DNA of 64,000 bases from Stylophora pistillata (taxonomy: Eukaryota). Of this stretch, positions 14,201-25,200 are shown piece after piece. The position numbers were made by a program, and so were the translations under genes. Position 1 is the first letter of the stretch, and every line of letters begins with the position of its first letter. The notes under the pieces are model-generated. The model saw only the letters and a list, made by a program, of their open reading frames with translations. It was not told the origin of the DNA and did not search any database. The stretch is taken from NCBI RefSeq assembly GCF_002571385.2, contig NW_019218148.1, positions 10,226 to 74,225 on the forward strand, written 5' to 3'.

Positions 14201-17144
14201 TTAAGCTTAACTCTTAACCCTATTCGTAATCATAACACCGCGATTGGTTTTGTGTCGAAAACCGGTCGACTCATCGAGCTGTATTTCATCCATCAACGAT
14301 GACCTCATTACTGTTTATACCGAGACTAACAGACGTTGTTAGACGAACTAATCGAGAAAGAAAGTGATTCTTTATGGAAACAGTAGGTGCGGGCAGTACT
14401 GGATCGAGTGCAGTGAACGGCGGATCGAGCTTGGTAGGTTCCACTGTAATCCAAGGTGGAGGAAGCAGTTCTGTTGGAGGTAGTGTTGGTTCCTCGAGCT
14501 CGGCAAGCAGCAGTTCTAATTCAAGAGGGGGCTCTTTAATATCAATCAAAGGTGGAAGCAGTGGTTCGAACTCCAGTGGTAGCACCTCGATCTCTGCAGG
14601 AAGCAATTCTATTTCCGGTGGAGGCTCCTCGATGTCAATCAAGGGTGGAAGCAGCGGTTCTACTTCAGGTGGGAGCTCCTCGAACTCTGGGGGAAGCAAT
14701 GCTATATCTGGTGGTAGCTCCTCGATGTCGATCAAAGGTGGAAGCAGCGGTTCTAGTTCAGGCGGTAGCTCCTCGAGCTCTGGAGGAAGCAAATCTATAT
14801 CTGGTGGAAGTTCCTCGATATCAATTAAAGGAGGAAGCAGTGGTTCGAGTTCAAGTGGCAGCTCCTCGAGCTCTGGAGGAAGCAATTCTATTTCCGGTGG
14901 AAGCTCCTCGATATCAATTAAAGGCGGAAGCAGCAGTTCTAGTTCGGGTGGAAGTTCTTCAAGAGTAATTACAATTAAAGGTGGAAGCTCCAGCTCGAGG
15001 AGCCAAGTTTTCTTAAGTGGAAAGAAGCCGGTAAAGATCGGGAAACTTGTTCTTACGCCGAAACAAGGCGACCCGGTCGACATCACAGATGTGTGGGGTA
15101 CGGAAGATGATCTTGTTAAGAATGACGTCATTTCCGGCAGCATTCTTGGTAAGCTTTTATCAAATTAATTATCATTTAAGAATAATGAAGAGATCAACCA
15201 ATCAAGAGAGGTATGAGCTGGTAAGGTGACCAATTCACCTATGTACTCTTAAGACGATATAGTTTCATTTCAAGTCCGTAGCTTATGACAATGAATTCAG
15301 CACTTCATTATTCCCGAACTCACTTGATTTACGGACATTCTTAACCTCTTTTCCTCTCATGCCAGATAAGGTAACTCAACAGTTTAGGTAAAAGCGTTTC
15401 GTTGATTTAACCCACTTGTCAACATTTTATGTCAACAGGTTCTGGGGTATGCAGGGACAAAGTTGACCTGGCTTTTCTCATCGACGCATCCGGAAATGAA
15501 AACGAGAAAGGACAAAGACACTTCAAAACAGCTTTGACCATCGCCAAAGCCATTTCCAGCATGTTTGTTATCAACCCTCTGCAGACCCACATTGGTTTTG
15601 TCGTGTTCTCTACAAACTCTCAAGTTGTTCTAAATTTTAAGACACATCTCGATCTAGAGAGCGTGGAAAATGCCATAGATAGTGTAAAGTATACAGGTGC
15701 AAGCACCAACATTGGCGCTGGACTCAAACTTGTGAAGAGCCAACTGTTCGATCTCTCTTCAAGACCAAACGTGGCGCACATTTTGATCGTATTAACATCA
15801 GGAAGATCAACTGAAGATGTACTTGCGCCTTCAAAGGCGCTCAGAGACTCTGGAGTTAATGTTTTATGCATTGGAATAGGAAATAGGTATGATAAAAAAG
15901 AACTTGAAGACATAGCCACAGACCCGGATGCTGGTCACGTGCTACCTGGTGACGTCACAAAGCTTGGCAAGACGATAAAGGAAATAAGGGGGGAAATATG
16001 CAGAGGTAAACAACTAAGCTAATTCAGTCTCAATTGTAAAAAAGAAAAAAAAGATGATCAACCCTCCTGGGTTGTAAAGATGGATAAAACCCGTGCTCGT
16101 GAAAGGTCTGAAGTACACTCATAGGTGACAATGGGAGTGATCATCGCAGTTATGACCACCACTTAGGCAGTAGTGTAACTCAAGACTGAAAGAAATTCAG
16201 GCTCGTACGGAAGTTGAACCCATGACTTGTGCGAAACTGATGCAGTGCTCTACCAACTGTTTCATAATTGTAGTTGGCAATATTTGGGTGTTGGGGTGTA
16301 AGTTAGCGGGGTTTTTGCAACAAGTTGGGAACAATCATTCCATTACAATGTTTCAGCCAGTTTCCACTGATATTTCTATTGATAATTTCTCACCGCATGT
16401 GACACATGGTAATAAACAGTTGACTGTGGCCCAGAAGAAAAAATTACCGTAAACAATTTGATTGTTTTATTATCTTTTTTGTTTCTGTTAGCTAACGTCC
16501 GACCAGTAGCGCTGTTCCCATTAAACGAACGGTACGAGGCAAGAGATGTGATTGGTGGAAACCTCGCTGGCGTAAAAAGTTACGTCACAACTGCTCTAGG
16601 GCCTTATAAGAAGGAAGGTGGCTCTCTGTCATTTCTTGGAACACCAGACAGCTTTATTGAGTTTCCAAACAATGGTAAACTAGATACAAAGGATTCTTTA
16701 TCAATACTGGCCTGGATATATCCTGAAAAGGCTGGACCAATCTTCAACTTTAGGGGGGACGGGTGGGGAACAAATCTGTGGTTAGCACAACCGAGAAAGC
16801 TATTTGCGCACTTTGTGCAAAGAGAAAATCATAGATCAATTCAACCATTAAAAAGCACTAAGATTGCACCAAATCGATGGAATTTCGTTGGCGCAACATA
16901 TGATCAAACAACGGGAGTTGCAGGCCTGTGGATTAATGGAAAGTTTGAAGATTTTAAGCACATAGGCCATATTAGACTGGCTACCAACTATCCGATCCGA
17001 ATGGGAGCTCGAGTCGGAGATAAAAGGAATTATCGAGGGCGCATTGCTTGTGTCCAAATTTATGATGTAGCTCTTACTTCAGAACAGATAAATAATGCCA
17101 AGAACAATTGTAAACGATACAAAAGGGGACAACAGACACACTAG
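5269..17144 (+). CDS. Secreted multidomain matrix protein: signal peptide, Pro/Tyr/Ser-rich, WSC-like, Cys/Gly-rich, 3x vWA, Gly/Ser repeat, C-terminal LamG/pentraxin-like domain
   Basis: In-phase exons: 5269-5389 (MDILLPLMSLVFAFVAGSTSG, signal-like), 6034-6579, 6818-7060, 7222-7261, 7795-8051, 8656-8682, 8940-9455, 9817-9992 + 10650-11031 (vWA1, DGSGS...TDG), mini-linkers ~11480-11506 and ~12025-12073, ~12500-12864 + ~13272-13464 (vWA2), ~13653-13688, 14384-15148 (GS), 15439-16005 (vWA3), 16492-17144 (LamG-like, W.FVGATYD...LWING, stop). Confidence 0.82.
5654..5879. mobile_element. MITE-like foldback element in intron 1 of the vWA gene
   Basis: Long imperfect inverted arms: AATAGGCCATTTTACAGTT...CTTGGTTGCCAAGCCTTTGA / TCAAAGGCTTGGCAACCAAG...AACTGTAAAATGGACTATT. 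Confidence 0.8.
10398..10500 (+). repeat. Degenerate copy of hammerhead-bearing Penelope-like/retrozyme repeat
   Basis: CTCCGACGAATGGCCAGTGCTCGAAACGTCAGC followed by sequence similar to the copies at 35.7 and 38.6 kb. Confidence 0.6.
14540..15000 (+). repeat. Coding tandem repeat, ~93 nt / 31 aa unit (SIKGGSSGSSSGGSSSSSGGSNSISGGSSSI)
   Basis: TCAATCAAAGGTGGAAGCAG-like starts recur about every 93 nt (~14540, 14634, 14727, 14820, 14913). Confidence 0.9.
16135..16260 (-). mobile_element. tRNA-derived SINE fragment
   Basis: Reverse strand reads CAGTTGGTAGAGCACTGC (A-box-like) ... GGGTTCAACTTCCG (B-box-like), then a non-tRNA body. Confidence 0.6.
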
Positions 17145-19279
17145 TTACATTCTAGTGTGATGTGATCATTACTTCAGACATGTTTAAACAATAACAAAGA
17201 AATCAGATATCAATACTGGACCTTACTTACTAGCTTAATCTCTTGCTATCAATTGTACTTAAAAGCAGGAATCCTCTCGACTGAAAGTTATTTCTTGTCA
17301 TCGAGTCGGTTATAATTAAAAGTAATTATGCATAAGTCGCTGATGATTTACAATTGGTAAATAAGGTAAATTAGTCCAAAGAGAGACCGATTCATGTGAA
17401 ACGCTGAAAAGTCAGCCTTTGTGCCTGGCAGTTGTAAAATGAACTAAGAAAAAGGTTAAAAGAAGTGCGTGAGTAGTGAAATCAGTCAATTTTCTTACGG
17501 CGGTCCGTTGCGATCGAAGAACAATCGACACTCGTTCAGGCACGCTCAAATACTTAAGCTCCGCACACATTTACTCTCTGTGCTCCATGCACCGTTTGCT
17601 GCGTTGACTTTCTCGAAAGAACAAATGGTTTAAATTGCTTTCAAACCCACCGTAACGAAATAGCGTTGAATGAAACGAAGTCACGAAGCACATGTGGTTG
17701 AAAAAGGGTTGTGGAAGTTTATTGCGTTTAAATACATAAAATATGAGATTTTATGGTTTGCCTGACGATTTCAATCGTTTGTGATAAAACGTTGCGACGT
17801 TTTAGGTGATAGTTTCAGGTCGACTGATTGCGCGTCACCTCATAGACCATAACTTTTCGTTGTGACTGGTTGGTTTTCGATGGTTGTGATTGGTGCGTTA
17901 TGATCTTTGGTGTTTTGCTGAGTTGCTCGGGCGGTTCGCTCTAATACGGCTCTCCTGTTGTATGGTGTTTTATCGTGCTCTTTCACGTTTCTGGAATTTT
18001 CATTCCAACTGTCCGTGCTGATGTAGTTAAGTCTTCTGCGAATCCTCTTCTACTCGGCGTGTATTTCAGTGAGGATCAAGATCAATAAATTTGTTATCAT
18101 TCCAGAGCCAGTGGTTCCCAGAGTCAGGAGAATGCAATAAAACGAACAATCAAATATCGGCTGATCCGCTAATTGCCTGGAACGTTGCTAACCTTGAGCC
18201 AAAGGGGTCATTTACAACAAGACCAGAACTCGATACAGGTCACCGAGGATCCACGCGCCGATCTACCCTCAAGACCTATTGCGTCATACCTACATTAACA
18301 CCTTCGCATGTGACTTCACCACCCACCAAGCCAACAGCTAGTGTTCCTTAACAGGTAACACGGATTCGATGGTTAAATTGGAAGGTAACCAATTGATACT
18401 CTTCCTATTCACCCTCAGTATAAAGATAATGCTCGACAACGAGATCATACTGTGCTAAGACGTGGATTCCATGCTCATCAACTTTCCTACTTCACGAGCC
18501 AACTTAACAAGCTACGCCACAGAAACGATTTAATCCTAGCGGACCATACGCTGCTGAAACCTGCTCAGATCGCTAAACTCATTAATTTCATATTACTTAC
18601 GATCGACGTACTTCCGGTATAACGGATCAATTTGCGAACGAAGAGGAATAAAGAGAAAAGTCTCTCCTTTCCAAGAACAGGCATATAACCTATCTCACGG
18701 CGCAGTAGCGAGAGCGTCATACCTCCAAAAATTGTTGCGTAACCCGACTTCCTTGTCATTTGAAGAGGCCTATCATCTTAAAAGTCCAAAGCTTAACGTA
18801 GCACTCTACTCAAAAGGAATTTACTTGGAATTATTTAAAAGTCACGGTTTCCATTACTATTCGCTTTTTTGTAAACGAAAAGAGAAAAGAGAGCAACAAA
18901 TTGCAGTCTAATGTGCAACCAGTACAGTTTTTCAAGCTCTGCAAACAGACTGTCCATTTCATTTGAATAAATTCATTCGGATGCGAGGAGTTCCTCTAAG
19001 CTCTTCCCAACTGAAAGCGGAGATATCCGACAAAGATCACCATCTCTTTCCATCAGCTACTCTAGAACACAACGGCATCGGATTTCAAAAAAGATGTGCA
19101 TCTTGAATCATCTGACACATGCCTGTAGTTTACAACTTACAAAAGATCAGAAATTTACCAAACCGCCGTCTAAATTTGTGAAACTCAGCATGCAATGCCT
19201 CTCACCTACATAGTAAGCTGTGAAACGCTGTAATCCAACAGATTACAGAAAATCATACAGATTTTCCTCTTTTGGTTAG

Positions 19280-22200
19280 GGGTTCAGACAAAGCTAAACC
19301 TTGGATTCATCATCGAATGTTCTTCAAGCATAGAAAGGAACGGACAAGGAACGTTTGCAAAGGTCTTGAAATTTGTCAAAGATCTTGCCGGAAGCTTTGA
19401 TATCTCCAAAGAAGGAACTCACATCGGCGTCACTGCTTATAGCGATGAAGCAAAGGTTGGATCCCTCATCAATGTCTTATATTAATTTAATTGACACGTT
19501 TATTGTCTCGAATTTATTTTGATATGAAATTTATTTGTATTAAGTCGTGTACCCAATTAGATTAAAAGAGGTCAGAAAAAGTCACCGCAACTAAAACGGA
19601 GTAAAGTCTTCTGAAACAATGCGAGCCAATGCATAAATCTTGGACAACATGTAAAATTTTATGTTGAACTTACATGACACTCCAGATCAAGTCAAACTTT
19701 TCGAATGTTTGTGTCACTTTATGATCAGCTCTACTTTTGAAAGGCTCTCACGTAAATTTTTGTCCAATAACTAATCTACGTTGCCTTAACAGTGTACAGA
19801 TTTAGCCAAGCCTGAAGTCACTGGTTGCTAAAAGAGGTTGTCACTTTTTCCTCATCTGAATCTTTGTAGATTGTGTTGGGACTCGACCAGTATTACTCCC
19901 AATCAGAAGTGATCGCAGCAATCGATAGAATCCAGTATCTAGGTGGAGGAACAATGACTGGAAAAGCCCTCCTGTTAGCTAAAGACGCTCTCTTCGCTGC
20001 AAGTGCAAGGTCTGGTGTTCCCAACATTGCTTGTGTCTTAACTGCCAGCAGGTCAACAGATGACGTTGGTTCTTCTGCCCAGATGCTTAAGGGCTCAGGA
20101 GTCACTTGTATTAGTATAGGAATGGGTACAGATTACGACCTTGGACAACTTCAGGCGATAGCTACCGACCCAGATTCACAGTTCATGTTTAAAGCAGGCT
20201 TCAATGCGCTGGGGTCTTTAGTAAGTCCCGTCGTGGCCAGTTGTCGTAAGGGTAAGCCTTCGACGTTTTTCGGTGACTCAGTCGTTATTGGTAACCTCAG
20301 TAAGTTTTTTCGTGCTAAGTTTAGGGCCCTGACTTGGCATTAGAAACACCTCTTCCCCTCTCTCTAGTGTAAGATTATAGTTAACATTATGACTGAAAAG
20401 CCCTGTTGAAGGGAGTCTCAATAAAGTAAGTAAGTAGGTATGTAGATATCCATATACTGATTGCATATATTCGATTGCGTCTGGAGTTTGTTTGTTGTTC
20501 ATTAGGCTGATCAGAAATTTACTTGGATCACAACTTTACGCGCTAAAAACATTGGTTTCATCCCTTAACCGCTAGTGGAATAATTTAGGGACCATGTAAG
20601 ATTAAATATAGTACAGTCAACATGAATGTCGATTCCATATCGCGATAGATAGACGGGAGTACTAACTCTTCTATTGTCGAAATGTAACTTCAATTAATGA
20701 TAGGTGGCGAATTTTGAGGAGATGTCACATGGACTCCTAAATTATTGTTCTTACAGCATCATCAGGCGCTGTGACGGGTCCTCTACAACCTCCAGCTTCA
20801 GGAACAAGTAAGTGCGTCATTTACCAATGATCACAAGGGAAAAAAGTTAAACTGTAACCTCGAGAATCGAAATCAATTTCAAACGTAGCAGATTTGTGAC
20901 ATGAGACATTACGCATAGTGGTTACCCTACGTAACGGTTAAAACGTCAAATTTGGAGAAGGAATTCGAGGTAAACTGCGTCAATCGTTTAGTAAATATAA
21001 TTTGATATTATTCTGTACAATTTCAAGCCACATCGTAACCTAATTTCGCATGTTTTTTTTTTTTGCTAAGAGTGCCAAGCTAAAGTCGATATAGCTTTCC
21101 TGTTGGACGGCTCTGGAAGTATTGGGAAGGAAAATTTCAAGAAGTGCCTGAGATTCCTCAGAAACTTCGTTCAATCCTTCAACATCGCAAAAGATGGTAC
21201 GCATGTAGGAGTGGTACTTTTTTCGAAAACAGCTGAAGTCGTGTTCAGTTTCGAGAAATATCTTGATTCTAAGTCAATGGTGGAGGCAATCGACAAGATT
21301 ACATATCCGGCCAAAAGCACTTACACTGGAATAGGCCTCGATCTGGTGCGCACTGGACTGTTTGAAAACAGTGCGAGGCAAGGAGTCCGAGATGTCCTTA
21401 TTGTTATGACTGATGGAGCATCCCAGGTCAGAATTTTTATAATGACAATTTCTTTAAAATAGTTATGCTTCTGAACTCGCATCACCCCCACAAAACACAA
21501 GTTAACGTCTTCGAAACAAGGCATCCCTATTTGATATATGTCAGTTGGTGAGGTACTTTCCAATAACCCATCCTGTCCTCGAAGCTGTTTGAGTTGTCCT
21601 CGTGTGACATTCCTTCCTGATAAAGAAGAATTTTATACACTTGTCACAATATTGAGAACTCAAGCCTTACTCTCACAATCTGTTCTCCCTAATTCTTTTC
21701 GTTCCCTCGTTCTTTTTGTAATCGTGTTCACTGGTTTAAACCATGAAATACACTAATAATTCTGTCAAATTTTACCAACAGGACTATATCGAGGATCCCT
21801 CAAAGAAGCTCCGTGACATGGGAGTGACAATCTTTTGTTTTGGAATTGGTACACAATACAAGAAGGACCAACTGGACGCGATGGCAACCGACCCAGATGC
21901 TACACATGTTATAACAGGCGATTTTGATGATCTAGATCAGATTCTCCCGAAAATAAAAAAGATGGCATGTGATGGTAAGTGAGAAACTCGTGTCCTAAAA
22001 GTTCCAGGATTTACGTTTCCTTAGTTCACCCTGTGTATTCATGTAGTTTTTTCAATTTAGTCGTCTAATAAAAGTATTCGCGATGATGTTACTCTTAACA
22101 AAAAGTATCCGATGTTAAAAGATTGATTTAAGAAACTTTTGAAACAGTCCCTTAGCGTGTAATAGCTATCCTATTTCCTGGATAAATTACCTCCCACTTG

Positions 22201-25200
22201 TGTTTAAGGGCGAGGTGTGTAGGGGGGATGGGGCTTGGTGCTGCCTTACATCGTCTTCAGATTAATTTTTTGAGTGCATTCAGACATATATAAAGCGCAA
22301 TGAAGTAATGGATCTCATTTTTAAAGCAGGTTTTCATAAACATTAGAAACAGTTCTTTACACCTAAAAAAGGTTTTTGGATACACGCGTTACTCTTACAT
22401 ATTTTCATGCTTTTAATCTGAAATGTTAAAAAGTATGTCTTTATATTCTAATCACCTCTGAAGTAAGAACCAGAGCTAAACTTCGCAATATGTACATAAC
22501 AGATAATATAAATGTGTTGTCTTGTAGGGGCTGGAGGATCGTTAGCACAAACTCCATCGATAGGTACGGTCCAAGTGTGATCACAGAGAATGCCCTGTAC
22601 AAGTTTTTAAAGAAGGATTTGTTTAAATATCACTCGTTTTCCCGCTCTTTTGTGTTTTTTCCACTGGGAACCGGAGGCCTGGGTACTTTTTTCTCAGCAG
22701 CGGCCATCTTGGTGTTGTTATATTTTGAGCTTGAAAAGAGATAATTTTATTTTATGATTTATTCCTGCTTATTCGACTGTTTTGCTATGGAGAACACAAT
22801 TTATTTTAGTAAACGCGTACAACTTAGTCTTATTACTCCCTTTTATTAGAGTTAAGGTCGATTACAACTGTCCCAGATATCAAGCGTTATCAAAAAAAAT
22901 TGGTATCGTATGCAACTTCAATTCATGACTTCGATACTGCATTTTCACCGTATTCTATATCCCTTTATATCGGAAAGAGTATAGCAATTAGATATGGTTA
23001 CATGAAGTACATTTTTCATAAGGTTTTGCATGACAAATACTTCTGTGTTTGTAAGTTCAAACTGACGCCAAAAGCAAAATTTGAGTATACATGTAAGATT
23101 TGCTATTATGTCTTTTCTTTAGCTGGCAAAAGAGTCAGTAATCCTTTGTCTAACAGGCACCGATTACTCCACGATTGCAAATACTCAAACTTGCGCAGAC
23201 AGTTTGTAGCGTTCTTTTTGAAGGTGAAAGTGAAAGTGATTGGTATTTATCATGGTTGAGGTGTAGGTGTAACTGGCGGATCAAGTGCAGCAGGATCCGG
23301 TCTGTTTACAGTCGGAGAAAGCAGCTCTTCTGGGGGTGGTAGCTCGTCAAAAGTTATGAAGCAGTTGTAATTTAGCAGGAAATCCTGCCCCCGCCCAAAC
23401 AAAAACGCAGTATTTAAAGATGGAATTGGCGGTTTTATTTCAAGTTACATGGAAATGATCACACTTAAAAATGCTAGCTGCCCTAGATTGATTCAATCCC
23501 TTTTTATCAGCGGAAACCTTTTCTACATTAATGATTAATACAAAATTGTTAGTATTCAAAATATGACAGACAGTGTTCAACATATTAATCATAAATGAAT
23601 GTAATTATCCTTTTATGAACGTCGAAAGGCGGCAGGATCATTGGTGGATCGAGCACGGGAGGAGCCGGTGTCATTACAGGTGGAGGAAGCAGCTCTACTG
23701 GAGGGGGCAGCTCTACTGGAGGAAGTACGTGGTCCCTAAAATATTGATAAAAGTCATCCTCTTGATGACGGTTGCTGTATCTGGGAACCGGCTAATTCAG
23801 TATGCCTCACTTTTACTATAGTCAAGTATGGCACAGTTATAGATATCCAAACTAACACCGACTCAGGTGTTTCATGTTGTGATCATACGCTAAGAAGGAT
23901 TCTCTGTTTCAACCTTTCTGGACACGGAAGGTGTAGGTGTGACTGGAGGGTCCAGCACAGGAGGATCAGGTGTGATTACAGGAGGAGGAAGCAGCTCGTC
24001 TGGAGGAGGTAAGCCGTCGCAAGGTATTCAGACTGTTGTAAGTGATGACAGTTTCTCAGGAACCAGACAGTTGTATTTAGTAGGTAACCCTTCAAGAATT
24101 GTATTCAGGGCTTCAATTAAAAATAAACTGGTGGTCCCTGAGAAATTTTCGAAATTGAACTCGGAGGAGGCAGGCTGATGCAGATGCTTTCTTAGCTCAT
24201 GTTAGCTGAGTTGAGAAAAATCGCCCACTGAGAACAATGGTAACTAATAAGCCTCCGGCTCTTTACACCCAAGCAAGCACCATGATCCTACTTAATTTCT
24301 CTTTTTGTAGACTGTAAAGCAAAGGCCGACCTTGGTTTCATTATCGATGGATCAGGAAGCATAGAAAGTAACGGACAAGGAACTTTTACAAAGATCTTGA
24401 GTTTTGTCCAAGATCTTACCAGACGTTTCGCTGTCTCTAGTGAAGGAACTCATATTGGTCTCGTTGTTTTTGACGATGACGCAAAGGTAGAATTGTCATA
24501 AGTTTCTTTTGAATCGCTGCAAAATCTTTTTCAATTTTTGCATCAAATCAGATTTGCATACAGCCATTGACAGAAATATAGAAAACTATTTTACCAGTTC
24601 CTGCTTTCCTTAAGCAATTAGAGCGGTTGGAAAACACTTTACAATCATTTACAAGACACTCTGACTCCAGAGCCAAAACCATGGAAGTCTCAGACTTCAC
24701 ATACTGTGTGCATGTTAAAAACGAACCTTTTGAAAAGTCTGTGTCATTGGCTGGTAAGCGATACGAGGAAGGAAACTTTTTACCGTTTGAGCATGGAATT
24801 GTATTTGTTCAAGTGCTGGATCAAATGTGGTACGATATTGCCATGGCGGATCCAGGGGGAGGGTCTGGAGGTTTCGGACCCCCCCTATCAGACCTGATGC
24901 TTACAACTTTGAGACAGGATCGCATATCACTTTTTAACTGGCTGATTTTTTTTAATGAATCCAAGTAAACGGTAAGCGGCCAAGGAATTATAACGTGCAA
25001 CGGCGACTGGTGGGAGGGGATGTGGGGGTGTGTGGGGGAGAACTAATTTGCCTCAAAAGAGTCCAACAGTCCTTTCTGAACCAAAGTTTGGACCCCTCCA
25101 ATCAAAAATTCCTGGATCCGCCTCTGTATTGTACAATGCTAACTCTGCTTAACCTGAACCGTTGGTGGCAGGTTGTGTCGGGGTTCGACCAGCATTACAC

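Noticed and set aside
14286-15143. 285-aa minus-strand ORF with LPPELE repeats (also 26567-27025)
   Set aside because: Antisense shadow of the Gly/Ser exon; splice sites and neighbouring exons support the plus strand.
17780-18830. Possible decayed Penelope-like 3' end (minus strand, ~17790-18060) and DIRS-like remnant (~18090-18350)
   Set aside because: Resemblance is from memory and too degenerate to support without a repeat-library search; it also gave no credible first exon for the second vWA cassette.
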